Below are positions 20,247-28,999 of a DNA stretch of 64,000 nucleotides, in pieces. The position numbers were made by a program, and so were the translations under genes. Positions within the stretch are counted from its first letter, which is position 1. Each line of letters opens with the position of its first letter. Source of the DNA: a virus; IMG/VR virus record IMGVR_UViG_3300021407_000013, positions 11,146 through 75,145 of that record, one strand, 5' to 3'. Under the pieces are notes generated by a model. The model saw only the letters and a list, made by a program, of their open reading frames with translations, was not told the origin of the DNA and did not search any database.

Positions 20247-20277
20247 GGGCGGGCGCGCAAGCGCCCGCTCTTTTCTT
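20247..20277 (+). terminator. Rho-independent terminator
   Basis: GGGCGGGCGC-GCAA-GCGCCCGCTC followed by TTTTCTT. Confidence 0.8.
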
Positions 20278-20303
20278 GCCCTCTAACTTCAGGACCAACA
20301 AAC

Positions 20304-20579
20304 ATGTCACGATCATTCTTCATAGGCGTCGCTGTGGTAGGCTCACTGATGGCGCACCAAGTGGACCGAGCTCATGCTCAACTCACTCACATTCAACCGA
20401 GCGAACTGGTTGACGACTCAGTAGCTCAAGGCCATTTCAGGGAATGTTTGAGAACCAGAAAGGACATTCACGGAAACGTGGACGCTTTTGGATGCAATCA
20501 GATACTCAAAACTGAGACCAGGAATCCCACCTGGAGTTGCTCCAACAATCTGTCCATCCAGACCTGCGATCAGGACTAA
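20304..20579 (+). CDS. Secreted hypothetical protein
   Basis: Signal peptide ending AHA; four Cys. Confidence 0.55.
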   Translation: MSRSFFIGVAVVGSLMAHQVDRAHAQLTHIQPSELVDDSVAQGHFRECLRTRKDIHGNVDAFGCNQILKTETRNPTWSCSNNLSIQTCDQD

Positions 20580-20582
20580 CTG

Positions 20583-20604
20583 ATGGGGCGCAAGCCCCAT
20601 TTTT
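20583..20604 (+). terminator. Rho-independent terminator
   Basis: ATGGGGC-GCAA-GCCCCAT followed by TTTT. Confidence 0.75.
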
Positions 20605-20906
20605 CATGCCCAGTTCGTTCAAACCATGACTTGAGTTTGATGATGATGAGTCCATGACTGTCAACCCATGATTTGAATTTGATTCAAAGATCATTCACCA
20701 TGGTCATTTTCATCCATTGACTGGTGATATCATGAGTGTCATTGGCTGATGGCTGTGCACCAACGTAGATTGATGATGATGATTTCATGGTGACCATTGG
20801 CTGATGGGAGCGCCAAATCATGGTCTGAAAATGTCACCGACGTCGTCACTACCATTGATCTACTGAAATTCCGAAATTGACCAGAAGCGCCCCATACTAT
20901 CCTATT

Positions 20907-21068
20907 TGTCCTGTTTGTCTTATTTCAATAAAAATAAACAGGACACGAAAAGCGCAACGATTACAAGGGGTTACCACTGATTGTCCGGTTTGTCCGGTTT
21001 GTCCGTTTATTTTTCATACCTTTCGCGCGAAGCCTGATATACAGCTAACTGCCCCACGCAAACAGGAC
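20907..21068. repeat. Iteron-like repeats (candidate replication origin)
   Basis: TTGTCCG(G/T)T x3 in tandem at 20981-21007; TGTCCTGTTT/AAACAGGACA inverted pair at 20907/20936; AAACAGGAC at 21060. Confidence 0.5.
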
Positions 21069-21153
21069 TCAATTGGTGAGCCCGAAAACCCTTATATCCC
21101 AGTAACTTACGCTCGTCTGTTAATGTAAAACATTAACCGTACAATTCTACTGA

Positions 21154-22725
21154 TCAGAAACGTACATGGCCACTCATGATACTGGTCTCTGTAAAAGTAG
21201 GATATTCCCACTCTTGGCTACCATTACCATAATCATATTCTGTTTTGATTCTAAAATTCATCAATTCTCTACAGACTACCAATTTCGGAATAACATGCAC
21301 ATTCATTCGCTCGCTATTACCTGGGCTACCACTGGTATATTTATCACTACCAACAATATTGAGTGGTCTACCATTTTTAGAATATTGTATCAAACCATTA
21401 ACTACTAATGGCATCAATTCTTTAAATTGGATACCAAATTCACGCTCATTTAATTTATGTCTGAATTGGGCAGTAGCATTATAATCCATCAATAGTTTCT
21501 CCTTGATAACCAAATAGCCCTTGTCCTCGTAATATTTGACAAATGGTAATTTACCTGAACATAGAATATCAAACCACCATCGCTCTACACCAGCCATGGA
21601 CGCTGTTTTTTGGTCAATTTGCGCCTCAGTAACGAGGGCAGTTCTGAGATTGACATCAATTTTATAATTCAATAGATAATGCATGAGCGCTTCAAGACCG
21701 TCATTATTGAGCATTTCATATTCTAATGAATCAAAATACTCTTTCATATCTTTCTGGGCACTACTGACATTCAATACAAAGAACCTACGCTCATCATGAG
21801 ATGCTGGTACTATCCAATCAGCATTACCTATAATGATAGATCTGATATAATTTATGACACTGCGACCTGGCAAGTTCTTTGGATTGATAAATAGACTATC
21901 TCCAGTAATAATATGTTTCAATGTGGACTCATGGGCTTTATCACCAGCCCAAATGGCTTCTTCCAGACATAACAATATGACCTTCTCAAGATGATCATTA
22001 TGATTGCCAAATATGCTATTCTTATTATCAATTGGGAGATATAATTTTGTCTTACGCTCATTATTCTTTCCATTCATCAACCTGCCTAATATGAGGGCGA
22101 AATATGATTTGCCAATACCTTTGAGACCTTTCAACACAACTGATGTGCCGAGTTTATTCCACGGCTCTTGTATTAACTGGGCGCACCAACACATAAGCCA
22201 ATGATAATGGGTTTCGTTACCGCTGCATATGATATTCTTCACATAATCCAAAAATAATACACATGAACCTTCTTTTGGATCAATTGCAAATCCTGGCCAT
22301 GTATTATATACACCAGATCGCATTGTTTTGGAATCAAATTTATATTTGGGATCGAATACTATTCCACGCTCATACGTGCGCCTCATGTGGTATTCCAACC
22401 ACAATTTGCTTACTGGAAATGGCTTTGCATTTCCTTCATCATCTTTGGTAACAATCTTAACATTTTCCAATGAATCTATAAAATCCTTCTTGGTCATTAA
22501 ATAGTATTCACCATCTATCCTCTCATTTAGAATCATAAATTTGCCTAATACCAATATGATAGCGTAATGTTGATCTACCCAATCAATAGCTCCTTGTTTG
22601 GAATCTAATTTGGGCGCGCCATGACTGGTTGTTTGGCTCGTTTGAAATCTAGGATCATCAACGATCTTTTTGATGCGTTCTGAATTTGGGAATAGGTCTT
22701 CATCAGCCATGGTGCGCCCGCCCAT
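21154..22725 (-). CDS. SF3 / DUF5906 primase-associated helicase
   Basis: Walker A GLKGIGKS, Walker B LCLEEA, IIIGN and ERRFFV. Confidence 0.8.
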   Translation of the reverse strand: MGGRTMADEDLFPNSERIKKIVDDPRFQTSQTTSHGAPKLDSKQGAIDWVDQHYAIILVLGKFMILNERIDGEYYLMTKKDFIDSLENVKIVTKDDEGNAKPFPVSKLWLEYHMRRTYERGIVFDPKYKFDSKTMRSGVYNTWPGFAIDPKEGSCVLFLDYVKNIICSGNETHYHWLMCWCAQLIQEPWNKLGTSVVLKGLKGIGKSYFALILGRLMNGKNNERKTKLYLPIDNKNSIFGNHNDHLEKVILLCLEEAIWAGDKAHESTLKHIITGDSLFINPKNLPGRSVINYIRSIIIGNADWIVPASHDERRFFVLNVSSAQKDMKEYFDSLEYEMLNNDGLEALMHYLLNYKIDVNLRTALVTEAQIDQKTASMAGVERWWFDILCSGKLPFVKYYEDKGYLVIKEKLLMDYNATAQFRHKLNEREFGIQFKELMPLVVNGLIQYSKNGRPLNIVGSDKYTSGSPGNSERMNVHVIPKLVVCRELMNFRIKTEYDYGNGSQEWEYPTFTETSIMSGHVRF

Positions 22726-22731
22726 ACGTGA

Positions 22732-22911
22732 TTAGTTATTGGTTATATTAACTTTCACATTCTTAAGTTTTTCTCTCAAATCATCTTTTGTTATTATTTT
22801 ATTATGCTTCATATCAATAACACATTCTTTGCCTTTGATAATAACAGTGGCGTAACGCTCATTCATCCATTCCATAGCTTCTTTTTGTGATTTGAAGATG
22901 ATATCTGGCAT
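22732..22911 (-). CDS. 59-aa paralogue of the helicase N-terminal domain
   Basis: Read by hand: MPDIIFKSQKEAMEWMNERYATVIIKGK...TKDDLREKLKNVKV; GGAGG RBS. Confidence 0.6.
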   Translation of the reverse strand: MPDIIFKSQKEAMEWMNERYATVIIKGKECVIDMKHNKIITKDDLREKLKNVKVNITNN

Positions 22912-22926
22912 TGCTACCTCCCATTA

Positions 22927-23115
22927 TTATGCTGCGAATAGGTCACGCTTCTTGGGCGCCTCAGCCTCTTTTTTAGCTTTTTTGGCCTTCCAATAGAAGC
23001 GCCCTCTGCATGGATCTGAACAAAATCTTTGTGTTGGTTGAACTTTAACAAATTCAGTGCCACAATAGGCACATTTAACGATGAATTTGCTCATATCTAA
23101 ATCTGACATCATCAC
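22927..23115 (-). CDS. CxxC..FCSxxC zinc-finger protein (ends KRDLFAA)
   Basis: CAYCG.EF...RFCSDPC; AGGAGG RBS. Confidence 0.65.
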   Translation of the reverse strand: MMMSDLDMSKFIVKCAYCGTEFVKVQPTQRFCSDPCRGRFYWKAKKAKKEAEAPKKRDLFAA

Positions 23116-23136
23116 CTCCTGCTACCGGGAACGGAC

Positions 23137-23165
23137 AGAATAGCGCAATTCGCGACGTTAGGCAA
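23137..23165 (-). promoter_or_regulatory. Sigma70-like promoter
   Basis: TTGCCT-N17-TATTCT. Confidence 0.55.
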
Positions 23166-23241
23166 GAAGAATCGTATTTACGTCTTAATTATGTTGATTA
23201 TCAGCCTTAATTTCGCCGCAATTCTCAGATATAATATTGAT

Positions 23242-23532
23242 ATGTCCGAAGATTCACCCGAGACAGCCAGACAGCGCGCCACAAGGATCTGGCGGAATGC
23301 GTGGATTCAAGGCCGTACTGAGACTCAAGATCAGGAAGAAGAATTAGCCAAAGTAATTGAGCAAGAGAGGTTACTCAATCAGGGGCGGACTGCTCTCATT
23401 AGAGCTATTACAAAGGTGATATCTGAGCAGAGGCACTCATTCAATTTGGTACATTATAAGTCAATGATTAGTAGGCGGAAGCGGAAATTATTGGAAGAGA
23501 AATTGAGGCGGTTGGAGGCTGAGAATGACTAA
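23242..23532 (+). CDS. Hypothetical protein
   Basis: Coupled to the TerS-like gene. Confidence 0.5.
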   Translation: MSEDSPETARQRATRIWRNAWIQGRTETQDQEEELAKVIEQERLLNQGRTALIRAITKVISEQRHSFNLVHYKSMISRRKRKLLEEKLRRLEAEND

Positions 23533-24169
23533 TCCAATACATGACATAGATCCAGAACCTACTGTCATGTGGGAAGAGGACTATGAACGCCTCAAGAAAC
23601 GACAGAAAATGGACGCTGCAATTGAGCGCTCCAATAAGGAGAAAGCTGACGCTATTGCTCGTGAATTATATAAAGAGCAATTGAAGATCAAAGATAAGAT
23701 TGAATATACAGAAGAGTTGGCGACAGAGATTTGTGAGAGGATCAGTGCTGGTGAGCTATTGATCAACATATGTCGTGATTCACATATGCCAACCGTGCGC
23801 CGCTGTTCAGCATGGCTCAAATCTGAAGCTGATTTCCAAGCACTCTATAATATGGCTATTGCAGATAGATTGACTATATTTGAAGAGGAAGTGATCTCAA
23901 TTGCTGATGATGCAGCACGTGATATGAAAGAAATACAGAAATCTGGGAAAACGATTAGAGTTCAAGATGCTGAGGTCATTGCGCGAGCGAAGCTCAGAGT
24001 TGAGGTGCGCTTCAGGCATTTGAAAGCTGGGCGACCTGGTAAATGGGGTGATAGCACCACTCTCATCACTAAATCAGAAGATGAAAATATTGCTGAGATG
24101 CCATTGTCTGAGCTGGAAAAGAAGATTGCTGAACTTGAACACAAGGATCGGGTGGTCAAGGCAGTGTGA
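23525..24169 (+). CDS. Terminase small subunit-like protein (Sf6 gp1-type HTH)
   Basis: YTEELA.EICERI..GE.L..IC....MP......WL....F...Y..A...IADD pattern. Confidence 0.7.
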   Translation: MTNPIHDIDPEPTVMWEEDYERLKKRQKMDAAIERSNKEKADAIARELYKEQLKIKDKIEYTEELATEICERISAGELLINICRDSHMPTVRRCSAWLKSEADFQALYNMAIADRLTIFEEEVISIADDAARDMKEIQKSGKTIRVQDAEVIARAKLRVEVRFRHLKAGRPGKWGDSTTLITKSEDENIAEMPLSELEKKIAELEHKDRVVKAV

Positions 24170-24170
24170 T

Positions 24171-24191
24171 GGGGGCGCCACAAGCGCCCCC
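24171..24191. terminator. Hairpin between convergent genes
   Basis: GGGGGCGC-CACAA-GCGCCCCC. Confidence 0.6.
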
Positions 24192-24196
24192 TGTTA

Positions 24197-24436
24197 TTAT
24201 AGTGATTTTGCCTTTTCAACAAAATCTGATAGTAATTTTTTGCCAGATATATCTTCTTTGATATAATTCTCCTTTAGCTCTTGGAGAATATCAGATGCCC
24301 ATTTGAGATGTCTCTCTGCATTATTCAATGCAGCTACATCTAATGGTTCTGATTTTGAAAATCTAAGAGCATTTCTCAGATTTTCCCTTAGTTCAGTAGT
24401 ATAATATTGAGTATCACGCACTGTTTTGGTTGCCAT
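24197..24436 (-). CDS. Hypothetical protein
   Basis: GGAG RBS. Confidence 0.55.
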   Translation of the reverse strand: MATKTVRDTQYYTTELRENLRNALRFSKSEPLDVAALNNAERHLKWASDILQELKENYIKEDISGKKLLSDFVEKAKSL

Positions 24437-24490
24437 ATTATTCTCCGTTCATTTGGCAAAATTGCCTATCAAATGAATTGAGTATCATGG

Positions 24491-24511
24491 TGTTACACTT
24501 GTACACTTTTT
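24491..24511. repeat. Left copy of the 21-bp inverted repeat flanking the DUF3631 gene
   Basis: TGTTACACTTGTACACTTTTT. Confidence 0.85.
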
Positions 24512-24523
24512 CGGTCGATTTTC

Positions 24524-25525
24524 TTATGCATATCTCTCCCACATCTCAGCAAAGTCTTCTTTAAAATACCATCTTGCTAATTTTCCTTCGTGTCTTTGAA
24601 CTCTATTCTCGATCTCAAAATCTCTGAGTATTCGAGCAAGTTTGCCTGTTGACAATTTATAGTCTGACCAATTTACATCGCTAAAATCTGAATTTATCAA
24701 AAACTCTACTAATTGATTATTGGTAATTGCGTCTTTCTTGCTATTGGTGAATATCTCTTGAACATCAGATAGCAACGACTCTCTGACATCTGGAATAACT
24801 CTTTCTTTATAGAAATCAGCCATTGCCTCATATGCAGTCTTCGCACGATCTACGGCATGGCCTATCGCAATGAGTGGGCGCCACTTGTCTGCGTAGCGCC
24901 CTATAATTTGTGGAGGCATTAATGGATTTGGATTGAGATTTACACCTTCTGCCCATCGCGCAACCTCTGCGTGATAAAAAGCCTCTCTTGGATTAAATAT
25001 CTCCATTTGTTTATTTGAGCGATGCATTTTAACCATTATGGATCTACTCATAAGCGATACTGGTAAATGGCCTATACTTGCAAGAGCGAGTGGGCCATAT
25101 ACAGGAGTTAATATGACTTCTTTACCTATTTTCCTGGGTACACTTCCTCCAATTTCGTGTCCTGCATTTAGAATGGCTTTCATACTTCTTACTATGGACA
25201 TATTATCTACTTCATCAATTAGCAATGTATGACTATTAGCTAGAGCAAATGCAGTAGCTGGAGTTGGATCTATTACTTTCTCTGGGCGCCACACAATTGA
25301 GTTTAAAATATTGAGTACAGAACTTTTACCGCAGTTTGGTAATGGGCTGAAAATTAGCAGTCTAGGTGATTTATCATATCTTCTATGTATGTGGGTATGT
25401 AGCGCCCAGAGACCTAGACCTACAATATGATGTGGTTTTGCGTCTATACATCTGGCAAAAGCACCGCATACTTGGTCAAGAATGTTAGTATCAGCGTGCA
25501 ATTTGGTTGATGATAACGTGGGCAT
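24524..25525 (-). CDS. DUF3631-containing P-loop replication protein
   Basis: PRL.I.SP..NCGKS, LLIDEVD, ILNAGH, SRSI, D.WRPL.AI motifs. Confidence 0.75.
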   Translation of the reverse strand: MPTLSSTKLHADTNILDQVCGAFARCIDAKPHHIVGLGLWALHTHIHRRYDKSPRLLIFSPLPNCGKSSVLNILNSIVWRPEKVIDPTPATAFALANSHTLLIDEVDNMSIVRSMKAILNAGHEIGGSVPRKIGKEVILTPVYGPLALASIGHLPVSLMSRSIMVKMHRSNKQMEIFNPREAFYHAEVARWAEGVNLNPNPLMPPQIIGRYADKWRPLIAIGHAVDRAKTAYEAMADFYKERVIPDVRESLLSDVQEIFTNSKKDAITNNQLVEFLINSDFSDVNWSDYKLSTGKLARILRDFEIENRVQRHEGKLARWYFKEDFAEMWERYA

Positions 25526-25543
25526 TAGCCTTCTCCTTGTCGA

Positions 25544-25564
25544 AAAAAGTGTACAAGTGTAACA
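25544..25564. repeat. Right copy of the 21-bp inverted repeat
   Basis: AAAAAGTGTACAAGTGTAACA, the reverse complement of 24491-24511. Confidence 0.85.
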
Positions 25565-25580
25565 TTCATCTTTCTTCTCC

Positions 25581-25814
25581 TCAATTCATTCGTTTCTGCA
25601 TGTATAATGAAGCTTCTTCCTTGGTTAAATCTTGCGCTACTATTCCAACCAAAGGTTTATTTTCTTCAGCTATATCTTTTGCAAGAACTTCAATTGCTTT
25701 TTCTCCCATATGCATATTGAAATGCAAGCCTTCTTCAATTTCTCCTTCTCTCATACCTGTAAATACAGGTGTACCATTATATCGTAGTACCTCGTAAATA
25801 AACCATTTGGACAT
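25581..25814 (-). CDS. Hypothetical protein
   Basis: AGGAG RBS. Confidence 0.55.
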   Translation of the reverse strand: MSKWFIYEVLRYNGTPVFTGMREGEIEEGLHFNMHMGEKAIEVLAKDIAEENKPLVGIVAQDLTKEEASLYMQKRMN

Positions 25815-26031
25815 TTTTCTCTCCTAGTTGATCTCGTCAGGTAGTGTATTACACTACTATTATCAGCTCATAATTATAGCGTAAGCTGATAATTTCGATC
25901 TCAGGAAACGACGCAACCATTTTGGTAGTTACTTAACCGCATGGCATTCTTCTAATACCAGGTTTGTGTCGCTTTTCGTCGAAATGACTGCGCCCGAGTT
26001 TTCTCTCGGGTGAAATTCCTGCTTACAACCT

Positions 26032-26060
26032 ATAGTAGCACATTTTCGTTGCCAAAGCAA
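26032..26060 (-). promoter_or_regulatory. Sigma70-like promoter
   Basis: TTGCTT-N14-TGC-TACTAT. Confidence 0.65.
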
Positions 26061-26134
26061 GTCTTTTTTATTATTGAATGAGATGATACGTTGAAACCCT
26101 TGCAGCACTGGGTGGCGCTGCAAGGGGATTATGG

Positions 26135-26428
26135 TTAGTTGGTCATACCCGGCTGTTCGCGCCGTTCCATATTGTAGTATGCCTTGAGAGAGCTATATGG
26201 AGACCTGTTAAGTTCCTTGATCAAATAACGATCCGAGGCGTCTTGACTTTCTAGCATCATGCGCTCGCCTCTGGCAGATTGCTCTTCTCTGATAAGCTCG
26301 ATCTTTCTATGAAAACGTGATGCAATGCGCTCCCGAGCTTGAGCAATCTCGTCTATTCTATAGTTGATGTCGTTGACTTTATCGTAATTTTCTGTCTTGA
26401 CCATATCTAACTCCTTCTGTATGGGCAC
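26135..26428 (-). CDS. Hypothetical protein
   Basis: Downstream of promoter 26444-26472; AAGGAG RBS before MVKTE. Confidence 0.55.
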   Translation of the reverse strand: MPIQKELDMVKTENYDKVNDINYRIDEIAQARERIASRFHRKIELIREEQSARGERMMLESQDASDRYLIKELNRSPYSSLKAYYNMERREQPGMTN

Positions 26429-26443
26429 TCGCCCTTACCTGCT

Positions 26444-26472
26444 ACCCTAGCACTTTTTCCGAAAGAAAGCAA
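26444..26472 (-). promoter_or_regulatory. Sigma70-like promoter
   Basis: TTGCTT-N14-TGC-TAGGGT. Confidence 0.55.
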
Positions 26473-26623
26473 GCATTTTCTTTTTATCAAAATCACCATT
26501 CCTCATTCATTGGCTGAATAATGGCTGATGAAATCATTTCATTCAACATTTGAAGCTTCATGGGTCAGTGATAATCATGGTATTTTCCCCTTTTGTTCCC
26601 TTAAAGTTCTGCTTTTGTTCCCC

Positions 26624-26652
26624 TTGCTTTCTTTTCCGGGACGTGCTACGGT
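26624..26652 (+). promoter_or_regulatory. Sigma70-like promoter for the ribozyme-containing early region
   Basis: TTGCTT-N14-TGC-TACGGT; the spacer shares TCTTTTCCGG with promoter 41485-41513. Confidence 0.6.
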
Positions 26653-26907
26653 TTTCTTTCCGCGGAGGAAACCGCGGCGCAGCCTGAGACTTGGCGAAAA
26701 GCGAAACAAACCCGGCAAGATGACTCGCCGAGCGGTTAAGTAAGTGGTTAGGCAGTCTCTCCCCAAAGGGCAATAAGCACCAGGGAGAAAAACCGGCCAT
26801 TTGCGTCGTTTCGGCGGACGGAAATATCCGCCTGAGATAACAACACAGAGCACAGCGCCCTGAGAAGGGTGCTGTGTTCGCTGGAGTTATTTCTAGCAAG
26901 GAAAAGT

Positions 26908-27291
26908 ATGATGTCTAGTAAAAAACGCGCATTGATAAGGCATATGAAGGCAAATCCGTTAGATAGTGTGAGATCTGCACATAAAAATATGGACATTACT
27001 CCGAAGCGGATGACATATCGAATTGATCCGAATAAAGAATTGAAGGAACGGGACGAAAAACCGCTTGAAGAAGTAAAGATTAATCAGAATTACGATATTT
27101 GGAGAGTAGACGTAAAAATATTAAAAAGATCTGGTAAGAAAGTTATAAAATATGTGAAGAATAATCCGCCTGGAAAGCGGTATTATCCTCTATCTGAGTC
27201 TAAAATAGCGAAAGGTGATCAGATAGAAGGCAAAACGGTGACAGGAACTACGTTTGCTGATTACAACAACAAGCGTAAAAGTGAGGAGTAA
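26908..27291 (+). CDS. Lys-rich basic hypothetical protein
   Basis: AAGGA RBS. Confidence 0.5.
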   Translation: MMSSKKRALIRHMKANPLDSVRSAHKNMDITPKRMTYRIDPNKELKERDEKPLEEVKINQNYDIWRVDVKILKRSGKKVIKYVKNNPPGKRYYPLSESKIAKGDQIEGKTVTGTTFADYNNKRKSEE

Positions 27292-27459
27292 GGGTTATGT
27301 CAGAGCGTAAATTGAAAGATAGGAGCATTTTCAGGAAACAGCCAAAAATGCCGCCACTACAGCGATTGTTTGTCAGCGCAGCAACTGGACATGCCAATCG
27401 CAGCAAAAAACTAAAAGTCTCAGTTGCACCTATGCAATTCACCAAACAGGAGAAGAAAA

Positions 27460-27792
27460 ATGACGAAGATGTTTAACCAGGAAGTACATGACAACCTCAT
27501 TGCTCTCGGATACACGTATCTATTCAGATACAAGAATAGATACGATGAGTATAACCATCCTATTAACGACGACTGGATTAGCATAGACAAAGTTGGGCGT
27601 GTAGATTTCCCAGATATATGCTCCTATATTGATACTCCAAAGCATAAAGCTAAAATCCAGAGGGATATGACACCTGCTATGGCATTAAGAATAGCAGTTA
27701 ATATGAAGAAAATATTTGAACAAAAGAATTTGCCATACCAATTAGATATAGATGGTCATAAAATAAAATTAGGAATAATGACTCAACATTAG
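27460..27792 (+). CDS. Hypothetical protein
   Basis: AGGAG RBS; its TAG overlaps hammerhead 1. Confidence 0.65.
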   Translation: MTKMFNQEVHDNLIALGYTYLFRYKNRYDEYNHPINDDWISIDKVGRVDFPDICSYIDTPKHKAKIQRDMTPAMALRIAVNMKKIFEQKNLPYQLDIDGHKIKLGIMTQH

Positions 27793-27855
27793 ACCGAAAC
27801 TGGTGCGCCATATAGGGCGTTCCAGTCCTAGCGTGAGGCGCTAGCTGACGAGGTC
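27792..27855 (+). ncRNA. Type II hammerhead ribozyme HH1
   Basis: GACC-GAAA-CTGG..CCAG-TC^-CTAGCG(TGAGG)CGCTAG-CTGACGA-GGTC; predicted cleavage after C27827. Confidence 0.93.
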
Positions 27856-27874
27856 AGTAACAGGAGAAAGTACA

Positions 27875-28096
27875 ATGGCACGGGTAATTGTTCAGGTTAA
27901 GCTTGCAGACATCAATGGAAACGAATACACGGAAGGTGAGTTGCTTCGTGAATTTACAGTAGTAACCAAAGGTCGCGGTGCAATAAATATACAGTCGATG
28001 GCATCAATTATACAAGGTACAATCGAAGCTTATGAGGACAAATTTAGGGTTGAAAATACCAAAACATATTCAGTAACAAATCGCCGAACTGGTTAA
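27875..28096 (+). CDS. Hypothetical protein, the only gene between HH1 and HH2
   Basis: AGGAG RBS just after the ribozyme. Confidence 0.7.
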   Translation: MARVIVQVKLADINGNEYTEGELLREFTVVTKGRGAINIQSMASIIQGTIEAYEDKFRVENTKTYSVTNRRTG

Positions 28097-28099
28097 CCA

Positions 28100-28158
28100 G
28101 GCCGAAACTGGCAGGTGCGATCTGCCAGTCCTAGCGTAAATCGCTAGCTGACGAGGTC
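28100..28158 (+). ncRNA. Type II hammerhead ribozyme HH2
   Basis: GGCC-GAAA-CTGGCAG..CTGCCAG-TC^-CTAGCG(TAAAT)CGCTAG-CTGACGA-GGTC; cleavage after C28130. Confidence 0.93.
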
Positions 28159-28177
28159 AGTAACCAGGAGAACTAAA

Positions 28178-28465
28178 ATGGCACAGATAGAAGATGAGCA
28201 ATTACTCGCGATGTATTCGCGGGATTTTACCACTGATAAGTCCTATGGACAGCTCAGTGTTGTCTCCATACTCACAGAGAGTGTGGAGCAACTAACAGAT
28301 CTCATACCAGAGATCGCTACGCTCCCAGTTGAGCGTAAGGCACAGATTGAAGAGCAGATTGTGCTCTTCACTCTTTCGCTCTACCACGAAGGTAGATTGC
28401 GCGGTGAAGCTGCGGAGCGTTCCACACAAGAGGCTGATTCTGATCGCCTCTCAAATTACGAGTGA
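28178..28465 (+). CDS. Hypothetical protein
   Basis: AGGAG RBS. Confidence 0.65.
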   Translation: MAQIEDEQLLAMYSRDFTTDKSYGQLSVVSILTESVEQLTDLIPEIATLPVERKAQIEEQIVLFTLSLYHEGRLRGEAAERSTQEADSDRLSNYE

Positions 28466-28473
28466 GGTAGCAA

Positions 28474-28713
28474 ATGACAACCATTACAATCGAACTAGAG
28501 ATAGTTCAGGCCCAAGAACTTGCCGCAGTAGCACGTGGCAAAGCTAAGGGCATCGACTGGGTTCTGGAGAATAAACCTCCAATTCCCAAGAAGGCGTTAG
28601 AGCTTGATGAGCGAGCTAAGGTGCTCATACAAGCAGCCACTACCATTGAGACAGCGCTCCATGCAAGGGCGCTCTCCAATGTCGTTCCGTTGGGAGGTAA
28701 AAATGCCGGCTGA
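28474..28713 (+). CDS. Hypothetical protein
   Basis: GAGGTAGCA leader. Confidence 0.6.
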   Translation: MTTITIELEIVQAQELAAVARGKAKGIDWVLENKPPIPKKALELDERAKVLIQAATTIETALHARALSNVVPLGGKNAG

Positions 28714-28999
28714 TCCCTGGATCGTATGCCCAGTCTGCGATGGCGAAGGCAAGACTGTCAATCCGAACATTGATTCGAACGGATTGACCAGAGAAGACTT
28801 CGATGAAGACCCAGACTTCAGAGAAGATTATATGAGCGGCGTATATGATATTACGTGCGCTGCTTGCTCTGGGAAGCGTGTTGTGAAAGCAGCACGTATC
28901 GAGGAGCTTCAACAAAATGCTGAAGATCGACGCCTCGCCGCTCGTGAGAACGGTGATTATGAATCATACTGCGGTGCAGGCGACTGGAGGTATGGGTAA
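28703..28999 (+). CDS. DnaJ-type zinc-finger protein
   Basis: CPVCDGEG...CAACSG; GGAGG RBS. Confidence 0.65.
   Translation: MPADPWIVCPVCDGEGKTVNPNIDSNGLTREDFDEDPDFREDYMSGVYDITCAACSGKRVVKAARIEELQQNAEDRRLAARENGDYESYCGAGDWRYG

Noticed and set aside
20219-20270. CTGACGAGGTC...CGAAAC as a sixth hammerhead
   Set aside because: No stem II forms between CUGACGA and GAAA, and there is no correctly placed NUH or stem I; the match lies in codons ADEVVA and the downstream hairpin is a terminator
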